Shown here: piece after piece, positions 7,441 to 16,111 of the stretch
Layout: every line of letters begins with the position of its first letter
Numbering within the stretch: the first letter of the stretch is position 1
Origin: a virus
Lineage: Duplodnaviria; Caudoviricetes
Direction: 5' to 3' (one strand)
Length of the DNA stretch: 39,654 nt
IMG/VR virus record: IMGVR_UViG_3300012346_000513
Span: 1 to 39,654 of that record
The notes under the pieces: generated by a model
The model's input: the letters and a program-made list of their open reading frames with translations, nothing else
Databases searched by the model: none
Told to the model about the DNA's origin: nothing
Translations under genes and position numbers: made by a program

Positions 7441-9164
7441 TTGGTTATAATGGATTCGAAAACTTAGTATGGTTCATGGGTCTCGTCGAAGACATCGAAG
7501 ATCCATACAATGGTCGAGTGCGCGTTCGTTGCTTTGGCTTTCATCCAACACTTGATCAGGGTGGCGTGGAAAAGGAAGATCTTCCTTGGGCACATATCGT
7601 CCGCGACTCTAAGTTCACGAGCATGCCAGATGAAGGTGATCTAGTCATTGGATTCTTTATGGACGGCCGTGATGCTCAGCATCCAATGGTGATTGGATCG
7701 ATCAATAGTGCTAAGTTCTCTTTGCCGACAATCGCAGGTGTAAGACTTCCTGATTACGTCGGTAGTCAACCTAATGCAAGCCCAATGTCAGTGGGTAGTG
7801 CGGTTAATGAAAATCTTGAACCACATCAACGTGCTTTCCTTGATGCTATTGCAGCTGGAGAAACTAGAGGTGATGGCGGTAGATACGATGTTATCAATGG
7901 TGGCCGATCATTTGATACTTCACTACCGCATCCAAACGTAATAGGCGGATTAGGTAGTACTGCTGCCGGTAGATACCAATTCGTATATGGCACGTGGAAA
8001 GAAATTTCTGGCAACGCACCAATGACTCCAGCTAACCAAGACTATTATGCTTGGCAGTTAGCAAAGCAGCGATACAAAGCATACACCGGTGGAGACCTTG
8101 ACGCTTACATTAAATCGAATGGTGTAACGAGTGAGCTTCTCACGGACCTATCACGAACTTGGGACGCGTTTAAAACTCCTGCAGATCATCCATCTATCAT
8201 CTCGACCTTTAATAAAAGCTTGTCGACTATGGGTGGTGCGGATGTAGGATTTGAACAGTCTGGTCGCAATCCTTACATGCCACCTTCACAGGACGCGGTA
8301 TCGAACTATGGTCAACCAGGCATGCCATGGCAATTCCATGGCGAAGGTATCGATCGATCACCTCTCTTGACTCAAGCTACATTCCGTAAGGTAACCACCG
8401 CAGGTGAGTTCACGATTGATGAACCACTTCGCCCTGTAGCAGCAAACGTTAAGACGTCGGTCTGGTCGACACGTTATCATGGTTCGCACATCGAACTCGC
8501 GGGAAGTACGGACGATAGTGAATTCATTAGTATCACCCATACAAGCGGCTCTCACATCACCCTCGATGCCCGTGGGAACATCACGATTAAGTCCTTTGGT
8601 AGAACCTATAGTGGCACTGAAGGCGACATGGAGGAGGTCGTAGGAGGCTCTAAGCAAGCCGTATACGAAAAGGGTTATAACCTACATGTGACTGGCGGAA
8701 AGTGTGTGCTTCAGGCACTAGGTGACTTAGATCTTCATGCTGGTGGTGACATGAATATATCTGCTGGAGGAAAGCTTGCAATCAACGTCGGTGACTCAAT
8801 CGACATCGCCGGATCAAGAATTGCTGCTACCGCTCGAGTCGACAACATTGACCTTTTGTCGATTGGTAAAATGAGTATTGAAGCTCGCGATGGGCAAGTG
8901 GGAATCAAGGGTAATACAAAGGTTGCGATTGAATCAGCTTCCGGTAGCATTGACGTTAACGCTGCAGCAATGGCAAGAATTGGTGGCAAATCAGCTATTC
9001 ACCTCAATAGCCCAGACAATGCTCCTGAAAGTGCGGCAACAGCAATTGCTGCTAACGTTCCTGCTGCTATCCCAAGAGGAATGTCAGTGCCAACTGAACA
9101 TAATCCAACGCCTCCACAGACAAACACACTAATACCAGATAATCCAACGGGAATTATGGCATGA
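7437..9164 (+). CDS. gp5: Baseplate central spike gp5 with OB-fold, lambda-lysozyme-like muramidase and C-terminal beta-helix
   Basis: WF-G-VED--DP---GRVRVRCFGFH, LPWA, V-GFF-DG--AQ-P--IG (gp5 OB domain). RAFLDAIA-GE...STAAGRYQF---TW...NQD (lambda R/GH104-like). H-SGS and repetitive beta strands follow. Confidence 0.9.
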   Translation: MIGYNGFENLVWFMGLVEDIEDPYNGRVRVRCFGFHPTLDQGGVEKEDLPWAHIVRDSKFTSMPDEGDLVIGFFMDGRDAQHPMVIGSINSAKFSLPTIAGVRLPDYVGSQPNASPMSVGSAVNENLEPHQRAFLDAIAAGETRGDGGRYDVINGGRSFDTSLPHPNVIGGLGSTAAGRYQFVYGTWKEISGNAPMTPANQDYYAWQLAKQRYKAYTGGDLDAYIKSNGVTSELLTDLSRTWDAFKTPADHPSIISTFNKSLSTMGGADVGFEQSGRNPYMPPSQDAVSNYGQPGMPWQFHGEGIDRSPLLTQATFRKVTTAGEFTIDEPLRPVAANVKTSVWSTRYHGSHIELAGSTDDSEFISITHTSGSHITLDARGNITIKSFGRTYSGTEGDMEEVVGGSKQAVYEKGYNLHVTGGKCVLQALGDLDLHAGGDMNISAGGKLAINVGDSIDIAGSRIAATARVDNIDLLSIGKMSIEARDGQVGIKGNTKVAIESASGSIDVNAAAMARIGGKSAIHLNSPDNAPESAATAIAANVPAAIPRGMSVPTEHNPTPPQTNTLIPDNPTGIMA

Positions 9165-10756
9165 CTTGTAATACATTCAACAATCAGACTTCCAAATTTT
9201 CTGTTAACGCTCTCACGTTTGATCAGTTAAATAGTCAACTGTACTCATTCGATACACTGTATAACATGCAGTCTGACCCTTCACTTCAATATGACCAAGA
9301 AGTCATATATGCAACGGTAAGTCTGACCAAGTCAACATTGATTAGTGTTGACCCAAGTGGATTGACTTATCCACTTCTACAAGAAAGATTCAGACAAGGC
9401 CCGATTCTTGCTCCAGAGTATGCAGACTTTCTTAGCTTCTCACAATATGATTTAACTTATGTTAACGAACTATTGAATTCCTTTCCGGTAACTCCACCAG
9501 TAGGTCTTTCACAATACTTCGATCAACTTGAGTTGTATTATGATCAAAACTATTCTGCTACGTTGAGCGGAGGTTTTTGTTCTGCGTTTAGTGGAAAACT
9601 ATTAGCGCTGAGTGGGTTAATATCAGGTGCGGCTAAATTAATCAGTCAGCTAAAGAACTTTTCGCTATCAAGTGTATTGGCACAATTGACGTCGATAAAA
9701 GAGATTCTGTACAAACTCGTTGACAACCTGAAGCAAAAGCTATTGCAACAAATTCAAAACATTGCTACAAAGATTGCTAATTTTAAGAACATGATTACGA
9801 GTGTAGCAAATGCATTGGGTAATAAGCTACAACAAGTGTCAAACTTCTTCAGTGATCTAAACATGAATAACATTAAGAAAAAGATTGAAGAAATCATTGC
9901 TTCAATGGCAGGTGGTTATGAAGAGATCACAGGCGATGTTATTGCTTATATCCTATTCAGACTTTGCCGCTTGTCTGAAATCATCAACTCATTTATGAGA
10001 TCACCGGTTGATTCCATTAAGAATGTTATGAACAACTTTGCTATGCAATCAGTTCTATTCCAAAACTTTTCCCGCACTGCTACAATTGGTGCGGTGAATG
10101 CTGGTCTATTTAGAAAAGATCCATTCGATACTATTGCTGAACAAGGTGCAGTTGCAGCCGCTACTAATGCTGCAGGTGTGAGTACTTATCTATCACGGCC
10201 AGTTACTGCAACAGAGATTGCTATGGCGAATGAATTGAAGTCTGCAACACTCGAAAAGATTAATAGTAACTCTTATGCAGCTGCTTCACTCATTTCATTC
10301 GATACACTTAATAAAGACGAAGCACCACGTAGTTGGCAAGAAGTTGATGCTCTAGTATGGGTTCGAATTTTTAGAATTGCTCAACGTCTTAATACAAAGC
10401 TTTCACTTATCAGTGCGTTTAGAAGTAATGCTAAACAAACACGCCTTTACAACGATGCTATAGCACAATATGGACCAAGTCAAAAGCGCGTTGCTAAACC
10501 AGGTAGTTCTTTGCATGAATTTGGTGGCGCACTTGACGTGGATATGGGTGGTAGATCAAATGAGTTTAGAGCTAACTTTATTCGCTCTGCGAGTGAAGAA
10601 GGCTTTAATGGCATTGGTACCTATTCAGAGTTTATTCACGTAGACAACCGCGGAGATATTTGGACTTGGGGTGGTTATAACACAGATGCGCTTGCCCTTC
10701 ATAAAGATAACGCGTATAGAAAAGGTCTACGGCCACGCGTCAATACTCCACAATAA
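9161..10756 (+). CDS. Putative virion protein with a C-terminal Zn peptidase M15 domain
   Basis: C-terminal SAFRS---Q, PGSSLH--G-ALD and GIG-Y--FIHVD motifs (H-D-H zinc ligands). The long N-terminal part looks helical/coiled-coil. Confidence 0.75.
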   Translation: MTCNTFNNQTSKFSVNALTFDQLNSQLYSFDTLYNMQSDPSLQYDQEVIYATVSLTKSTLISVDPSGLTYPLLQERFRQGPILAPEYADFLSFSQYDLTYVNELLNSFPVTPPVGLSQYFDQLELYYDQNYSATLSGGFCSAFSGKLLALSGLISGAAKLISQLKNFSLSSVLAQLTSIKEILYKLVDNLKQKLLQQIQNIATKIANFKNMITSVANALGNKLQQVSNFFSDLNMNNIKKKIEEIIASMAGGYEEITGDVIAYILFRLCRLSEIINSFMRSPVDSIKNVMNNFAMQSVLFQNFSRTATIGAVNAGLFRKDPFDTIAEQGAVAAATNAAGVSTYLSRPVTATEIAMANELKSATLEKINSNSYAAASLISFDTLNKDEAPRSWQEVDALVWVRIFRIAQRLNTKLSLISAFRSNAKQTRLYNDAIAQYGPSQKRVAKPGSSLHEFGGALDVDMGGRSNEFRANFIRSASEEGFNGIGTYSEFIHVDNRGDIWTWGGYNTDALALHKDNAYRKGLRPRVNTPQ

Positions 10757-10768
10757 GGAAACACTCAA

Positions 10769-11179
10769 ATGGCATTGACTCCTCTTAGTAGAAGAAAAGT
10801 CGAAACATATTCCGATTTTCATAAAGACATGACTCTGAGTCCGGTCAACTTTGATGTTGCAAGAAAGATTGATGAAGACTCGATAAAAGAATCACTTCGC
10901 AATCTAATCCTTACTAATCGTGGTGAAAGACTGTTTCAGCCAAATATCGGATGCGATATCCGTAGTCTTTTGTTTGAAAACTTTACACCAGACATGGTGA
11001 TCACCGCAAAAGAGATGATCACTAACACAATCAAAGCACATGAACCGAGAGTTGAACTCATTGGTGTAGATATCCTATCTTCCATCGACGACAACAAAAT
11101 CAACGTTGTCATCGTGTTTAGTGTAATAAATAAACAAGAACCTCTCACTCTTACTGTAACACTTGACAGGGTACGATAA
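10769..11179 (+). CDS. gp25: Baseplate wedge subunit / sheath initiator
   Basis: YSD-------P---D, IK-SL-NLILT--GER-FQP-IG-----LFE and EPRV motifs; AAGGA RBS. Confidence 0.92.
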   Translation: MALTPLSRRKVETYSDFHKDMTLSPVNFDVARKIDEDSIKESLRNLILTNRGERLFQPNIGCDIRSLLFENFTPDMVITAKEMITNTIKAHEPRVELIGVDILSSIDDNKINVVIVFSVINKQEPLTLTVTLDRVR

Positions 11180-12957
11180 TGGCATCAAATTCGCCTATCA
11201 CAGAACTCGACTTTAACGAGATTAAGAATAGCCTAAAGGAATTCTTAAAAGGCCAAGATCGGTTTAAGGACTACAACTTTGAAGGTTCGAACCTGAATGT
11301 TATGCTGGATGTTCTGGCATATAACACGTTTCAGAATGGATTTTTCACGAACATGGCAATGAACGAGATGTTTCTCGATTCATCACTTCTTCGTAGTTCG
11401 GTAGTCTCTCATGCAAAGAATTTGAACTATGTACCACGATCAAGAACGAGTGCGAAAGCTAAGATCAATGTGACCCTTGCGGTAAATGACTCGCCTTCGT
11501 TCGTGATCATTCCTGCTCGAACACGATTCATTGCACAATGTGGAAATAAGACTTTCAATTTCTACAATGAGACTGCTGCAACGGTTACTCCTTCGAATGG
11601 ATCGTACGCTTATAGCGGCCTTGATATCTTTGAAGGTCGATACATTCAAGAGTTCTTCAGTGTTACATCAGATCCACTCAAGTGTGTAATCAGCAACTCA
11701 AACGTTGACATCAGTAGCGTTAAGGTCTATGTAAAAGACTCAATCGATGCGACGGTTGAAACCGAATACGTATTGTCAACAACTGTGTTTGGTAACACTC
11801 CAACATCAAATGTCTTCTATGTTCAAGCATATAACGATAACCAATACGAAGTAACGTTTGGTCTTGACGCGTTTGGAAAGCAGCCTACATCCGGAAGCCT
11901 CATTCGAGTCGAGTATCGTGTAAGTTCAGGTGAAGAAGCAAATGGCGTTACTAGTTTTACGTCTGGTGGCAACATTCAATCTTACCCTGCAACAGTTACA
12001 TTGAACGCAGCAAGTGATGGCGGTGTTGAGCAAGAAGATATCGCTTCGATCAAATACTTTGCACCACGTTCATTGCAGATTCAAGACAGAGCAATCACTG
12101 AATCAGACTATGAGATCATCTTAAAGAACAAGTATCCTGAGATTCAAGCAATCTCGGTGTACGGTGGTGAAGAACTCAATCCACCACGCTATGGACGTGT
12201 TGTTGTAGCGGTTGATGTTAAAAACGCCGATGGTGTATCGGATAACAACAAATCGAAGTATGCAACATTCCTCAGAGAGCGTTCACCAATTGGTATTGAA
12301 CCAATCATCATCTCTCCTGAATACATGCACATGTCGACATCGACAACTGTTTACTTCAATACGAAGACTACTTCTCTTACAGAAGCAGATATTAAGCAAA
12401 TTGTTCTTGATACTATCGTAACATTCAGTGAAGAGAATCTATCTGATTTTAAGACTACATTCAGAGCTTCGAACCTTTCATCTGCTATCGACGATTCAAA
12501 CATTCACATCCTATCAAACGATCTTGATGTTGTACCAATCATTCCATTGAGCCCAGTCGTTAACACTGAAAACAACTACGATATTACGTTCAACAACCCA
12601 CTTATTCTTGATCACGTATTGTTGGCAGGTGAATCGCTCGAGAACCATATCCCAGCTTTGAGATCTTCACCATTCACTTATCAAGGAAGCATTGGTTATC
12701 TGCAAGACAATGGTAAAGGTGTATTGGAAATCATTAAGAGTTCAGGCCTATCATTCGTTGTCCTTAATGCAAACGCTGGTTCCGTAGATTATGACACAGG
12801 TCGAGTCATTATTAAGAAGTTGAATATCTCTTCTTATGAAGGATCCGAAGTTAAACTATATGGAAGAACTCGCACAAAAACAATCGTGCCACCTAAGAAT
12901 AGAATCCTTTCTATCCGCAAAGAAGACGTTATCGTTAACGTGATCGGAGTGAGCTAA
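11179..12957 (+). CDS. gp6: Baseplate wedge subunit
   Basis: ELDF--IK-SLK-FL--Q--FKDYNFEGS-L---LDVLAYNT, NEMFLDS--LR-SVVSHAK-L-Y-PRS and QDRAIT--DY motifs. Confidence 0.93.
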   Translation: MASNSPITELDFNEIKNSLKEFLKGQDRFKDYNFEGSNLNVMLDVLAYNTFQNGFFTNMAMNEMFLDSSLLRSSVVSHAKNLNYVPRSRTSAKAKINVTLAVNDSPSFVIIPARTRFIAQCGNKTFNFYNETAATVTPSNGSYAYSGLDIFEGRYIQEFFSVTSDPLKCVISNSNVDISSVKVYVKDSIDATVETEYVLSTTVFGNTPTSNVFYVQAYNDNQYEVTFGLDAFGKQPTSGSLIRVEYRVSSGEEANGVTSFTSGGNIQSYPATVTLNAASDGGVEQEDIASIKYFAPRSLQIQDRAITESDYEIILKNKYPEIQAISVYGGEELNPPRYGRVVVAVDVKNADGVSDNNKSKYATFLRERSPIGIEPIIISPEYMHMSTSTTVYFNTKTTSLTEADIKQIVLDTIVTFSEENLSDFKTTFRASNLSSAIDDSNIHILSNDLDVVPIIPLSPVVNTENNYDITFNNPLILDHVLLAGESLENHIPALRSSPFTYQGSIGYLQDNGKGVLEIIKSSGLSFVVLNANAGSVDYDTGRVIIKKLNISSYEGSEVKLYGRTRTKTIVPPKNRILSIRKEDVIVNVIGVS

Positions 12958-15900
12958 TGGCTCTTGATTTTACTCAACAAGTATCTCAATTAATTGAGTC
13001 TCAATTTCCGGAAGTGTTCCGTGATGAAGGTGAAAACTTAGTCGCCTTCATTACAGCGTATTATGAATTTCTAGAATCAGATGATCTATATTCGCACAAG
13101 TTAGGTCGTGGTGTATTTGAGATTGCTGATATCGATACTTCACTTGAGAAGTTTCTGTATCACTTTAAAGAAACATATCTGGCCGAATTCCCTTATGTAT
13201 TCGAGACCGACAAACGATTTGCGATTAAGCACATCGCTGAATTCTATCGTACAAAAGGTTCAAAGAAGTCTCTTGAACTTCTTATGCGAATGCTATTCAA
13301 CGAATCAGTTGATGTGTACTATCCAGGTGAAGACGTATTAAGACTATCAGACTCTGTTTGGTACAAGCCTTCTTATCTCGAAGTCACCAAATCACCTCGT
13401 ACAAACGGATTCATTAACAAAGAAATCACCGGTGTTAGATCTGGCGCAAAAGCTTTTGTTGAATCTGTTGTTCGCAAGAGAGTCAAAGGAAAGGTCTTTG
13501 ACGTGCTCTATCTCAGTGGACTCAGAGGAAACTTTGAGACTGGAGAAATCATTTCCGATGATGGAGCGATCGCTGACGCACCAAAGGTAAAGGGTTCTCT
13601 CTCAGAAGTTACCATCAGTCTTGGCGGTAGAAACAATAGCGTTGGCGATATCTTTAACGTTGTGACATCCGAAGGTTTACAAGGTAAAGTCAAAGTATCA
13701 GAAGTAAGAGCTGCGACTGGTCGTGTAGACTTTGATATCGTAAATGGCGGTTGGGGTTATACTGCTGATGGATTCACCGATGTGTATATTAGTGATGCGA
13801 TCGCTTTTGCAAATAACGCTAACTCGGACTTCATTCTATACGAATCGATTTATCAACCACTCGAAAAGGTTAGTGTGATATCTGCTGCAACCGTGCTAGC
13901 AAACACTTCTCTTGTTGGCAACTATATGACCGGTAAAAACGGTACATCAATTGTTGCGAATGGTATTGTTGTAGCGGTAGCAAATACTAATGCGAATGGC
14001 GATATCATTGGCACTGCTTCGAGTAATGGTATTATCACAGTTCAAACAAACTTTGGTACATTCAGAGATCAGCGTACGATTAGTTTGAATCTAAGTGGCA
14101 CTGTAGCATTTGCAGTAGGTGAATACGTCACAGAAGAAAGCCAATTCATTATTAGCGGTACGACACTTACGGGCACGTTTAGCGTAGGTGAAAAGGCAGA
14201 ACAAATCATTCGTGAACCTGTAAGTAACGTGATTGTTTCATATGGTTTCGGCACTGTTACCTCCGCAAATAGCACAGCAGTTGTATTGCAACCAGCATGG
14301 GGAGTCATTAACACGACGACTCCAGCGGTTCTTCGTGGTGCAACGAGTAACGCAACGATCATCCCTACATCATTGGTTGTTCCGAACGCGAACACCGGTG
14401 CCCGCGGGCGAGTGAGTTCTATCAGTGGCAACACCGCGATTATCGATGTGTCTTTCGGTGCCTTTAACACTGGATATCAAGTTCGCGGTGATGGAACACG
14501 TAAGATCTACACAGTAACCGGTTCGTCTCAATCAGGTGCTACAACGGTTTATCTTCAAAACCAAAACAGCACGAATGGTACAATCACTACTACTCAAGAC
14601 TCATTTGTTCGTGGCATAATCGTTGGTCAAAACACTAGTTCCTTTGGTGTATTTGGTAATACAATCCCATTCATTACTTCAAATACTTTCACGACTTATC
14701 TTTACACCGAAAGAGAAAAACTTATCTCTCCTCCACGCTATGCGAATGGCGCAATCATTAACGTAGCAAAGGCAGTAGATCGATTTGCTGGCGGTGCCGG
14801 TGCTAACTTTGATATCGGTGCAGTTGAAGACGTTGAAGAAAACGTAACAGTCTACAGCGATATCATTGGTGCAAACAATGTGGTTGGCATACCATATGTT
14901 AACGTATCGATCAACGGTCGTGGTTCGGGCGTTGGTTACTTACAATCGATGACCATTGATACCGGTGGAACTGGATATGCAAATAACGCGAGAGTTGCTT
15001 TCCTTGGTGGTGGATATGCAAACGGAGATCCTCTTATATTCGCAAACGGATATATCACCACTGATGGCACAGGTGTTATTACAACCATCACAGTTGATGT
15101 GAATGGTGAAGGTTACTTTGATAATCCAGTTGTTCAACTTCCTGCTACTGGTGGAACTGTTGCGACTGTTACGCCTGTGATGGATTATGGGTATGGCTTT
15201 CCTAAGAGTCCAAATGGCGAACTTGGGAATCTAATTGGCGATGTTCTCGATACACAAGTCATGGACGTCGGTAAGATCTCGCTCTTGTCTGCTATCAACC
15301 CAGGTGCTGAATATACTGCTGACCCATTCGTAAGTGTTCGAAATAGATACACTGCTGCGTATCAACGTCGCGATATTGTAGTCACTGCAAGCGGTGCGGT
15401 TGGTTCATTCGCGATTGGTGAAGAAGTCGTACAGACTATTGGTGCCGTTACATCAATCAAGGGTATTGTAAAAAGCACTCAGGTTGTCGGCTCGAATCTC
15501 ATGGTCTATCTTGAGCGTAACAGAGTCGGGATATCATTTGATAATGCTTATCCAATCATTGGCTTTACGACCGGTGCAACTGCGAATATCGTAAGTGTTG
15601 AACAAGACGAAACGACTAATTACATTGGTGAAAACGCTGTGATTAGCGCATCGGCTATCTCTGCAAATGGTATCGCTACAAAAGTTGAAGTTGTTGACTC
15701 AGGATTTGGTTATATCAATGATGGTGAAGTCACACTTCAAAAAGATGGCAACCCATTCGTTATTACCGGTACAAGCTTGAATATTCGTCAGGGTATTAGC
15801 GAAGGCTATTGGAGAACAACCACATCTCACTTAAATTCAGAGAAAAAGATTCATGACAATAAATACTATCAGGAATATTCTTATGATGTATTGTCAGGTC

Positions 15901-16103
15901 TATCATTGAATCGATATGAACAGATCGTGAAGAAGGCACTTCACGTGTCTGGTACGAGAATGTTCGGAAGTGTTGTGAAGTCGACCGACGTAGTCGCAGA
16001 ACCAGTAGTGTTTAGCACTGCGGTGGTCACAAGCAACAACGTGTTTGTCGATGGACTTTGGAGTGACACTGGTCTATGGGTCGATGAAGTAAGCCTTAGC
16101 TGA
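12957..16103 (+). CDS. gp7: Baseplate wedge initiator (gp7-like), 1048 aa
   Basis: I--QFP---R-------F--AYYEFLE, FY-TKGS--S--LL-R-LF and C-terminal IHD--YYQEYSY...HV-G--MFG motifs; follows gp6. Confidence 0.75.
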   Translation: MALDFTQQVSQLIESQFPEVFRDEGENLVAFITAYYEFLESDDLYSHKLGRGVFEIADIDTSLEKFLYHFKETYLAEFPYVFETDKRFAIKHIAEFYRTKGSKKSLELLMRMLFNESVDVYYPGEDVLRLSDSVWYKPSYLEVTKSPRTNGFINKEITGVRSGAKAFVESVVRKRVKGKVFDVLYLSGLRGNFETGEIISDDGAIADAPKVKGSLSEVTISLGGRNNSVGDIFNVVTSEGLQGKVKVSEVRAATGRVDFDIVNGGWGYTADGFTDVYISDAIAFANNANSDFILYESIYQPLEKVSVISAATVLANTSLVGNYMTGKNGTSIVANGIVVAVANTNANGDIIGTASSNGIITVQTNFGTFRDQRTISLNLSGTVAFAVGEYVTEESQFIISGTTLTGTFSVGEKAEQIIREPVSNVIVSYGFGTVTSANSTAVVLQPAWGVINTTTPAVLRGATSNATIIPTSLVVPNANTGARGRVSSISGNTAIIDVSFGAFNTGYQVRGDGTRKIYTVTGSSQSGATTVYLQNQNSTNGTITTTQDSFVRGIIVGQNTSSFGVFGNTIPFITSNTFTTYLYTEREKLISPPRYANGAIINVAKAVDRFAGGAGANFDIGAVEDVEENVTVYSDIIGANNVVGIPYVNVSINGRGSGVGYLQSMTIDTGGTGYANNARVAFLGGGYANGDPLIFANGYITTDGTGVITTITVDVNGEGYFDNPVVQLPATGGTVATVTPVMDYGYGFPKSPNGELGNLIGDVLDTQVMDVGKISLLSAINPGAEYTADPFVSVRNRYTAAYQRRDIVVTASGAVGSFAIGEEVVQTIGAVTSIKGIVKSTQVVGSNLMVYLERNRVGISFDNAYPIIGFTTGATANIVSVEQDETTNYIGENAVISASAISANGIATKVEVVDSGFGYINDGEVTLQKDGNPFVITGTSLNIRQGISEGYWRTTTSHLNSEKKIHDNKYYQEYSYDVLSGLSLNRYEQIVKKALHVSGTRMFGSVVKSTDVVAEPVVFSTAVVTSNNVFVDGLWSDTGLWVDEVSLS

Positions 16104-16111
16104 GGAATAAC

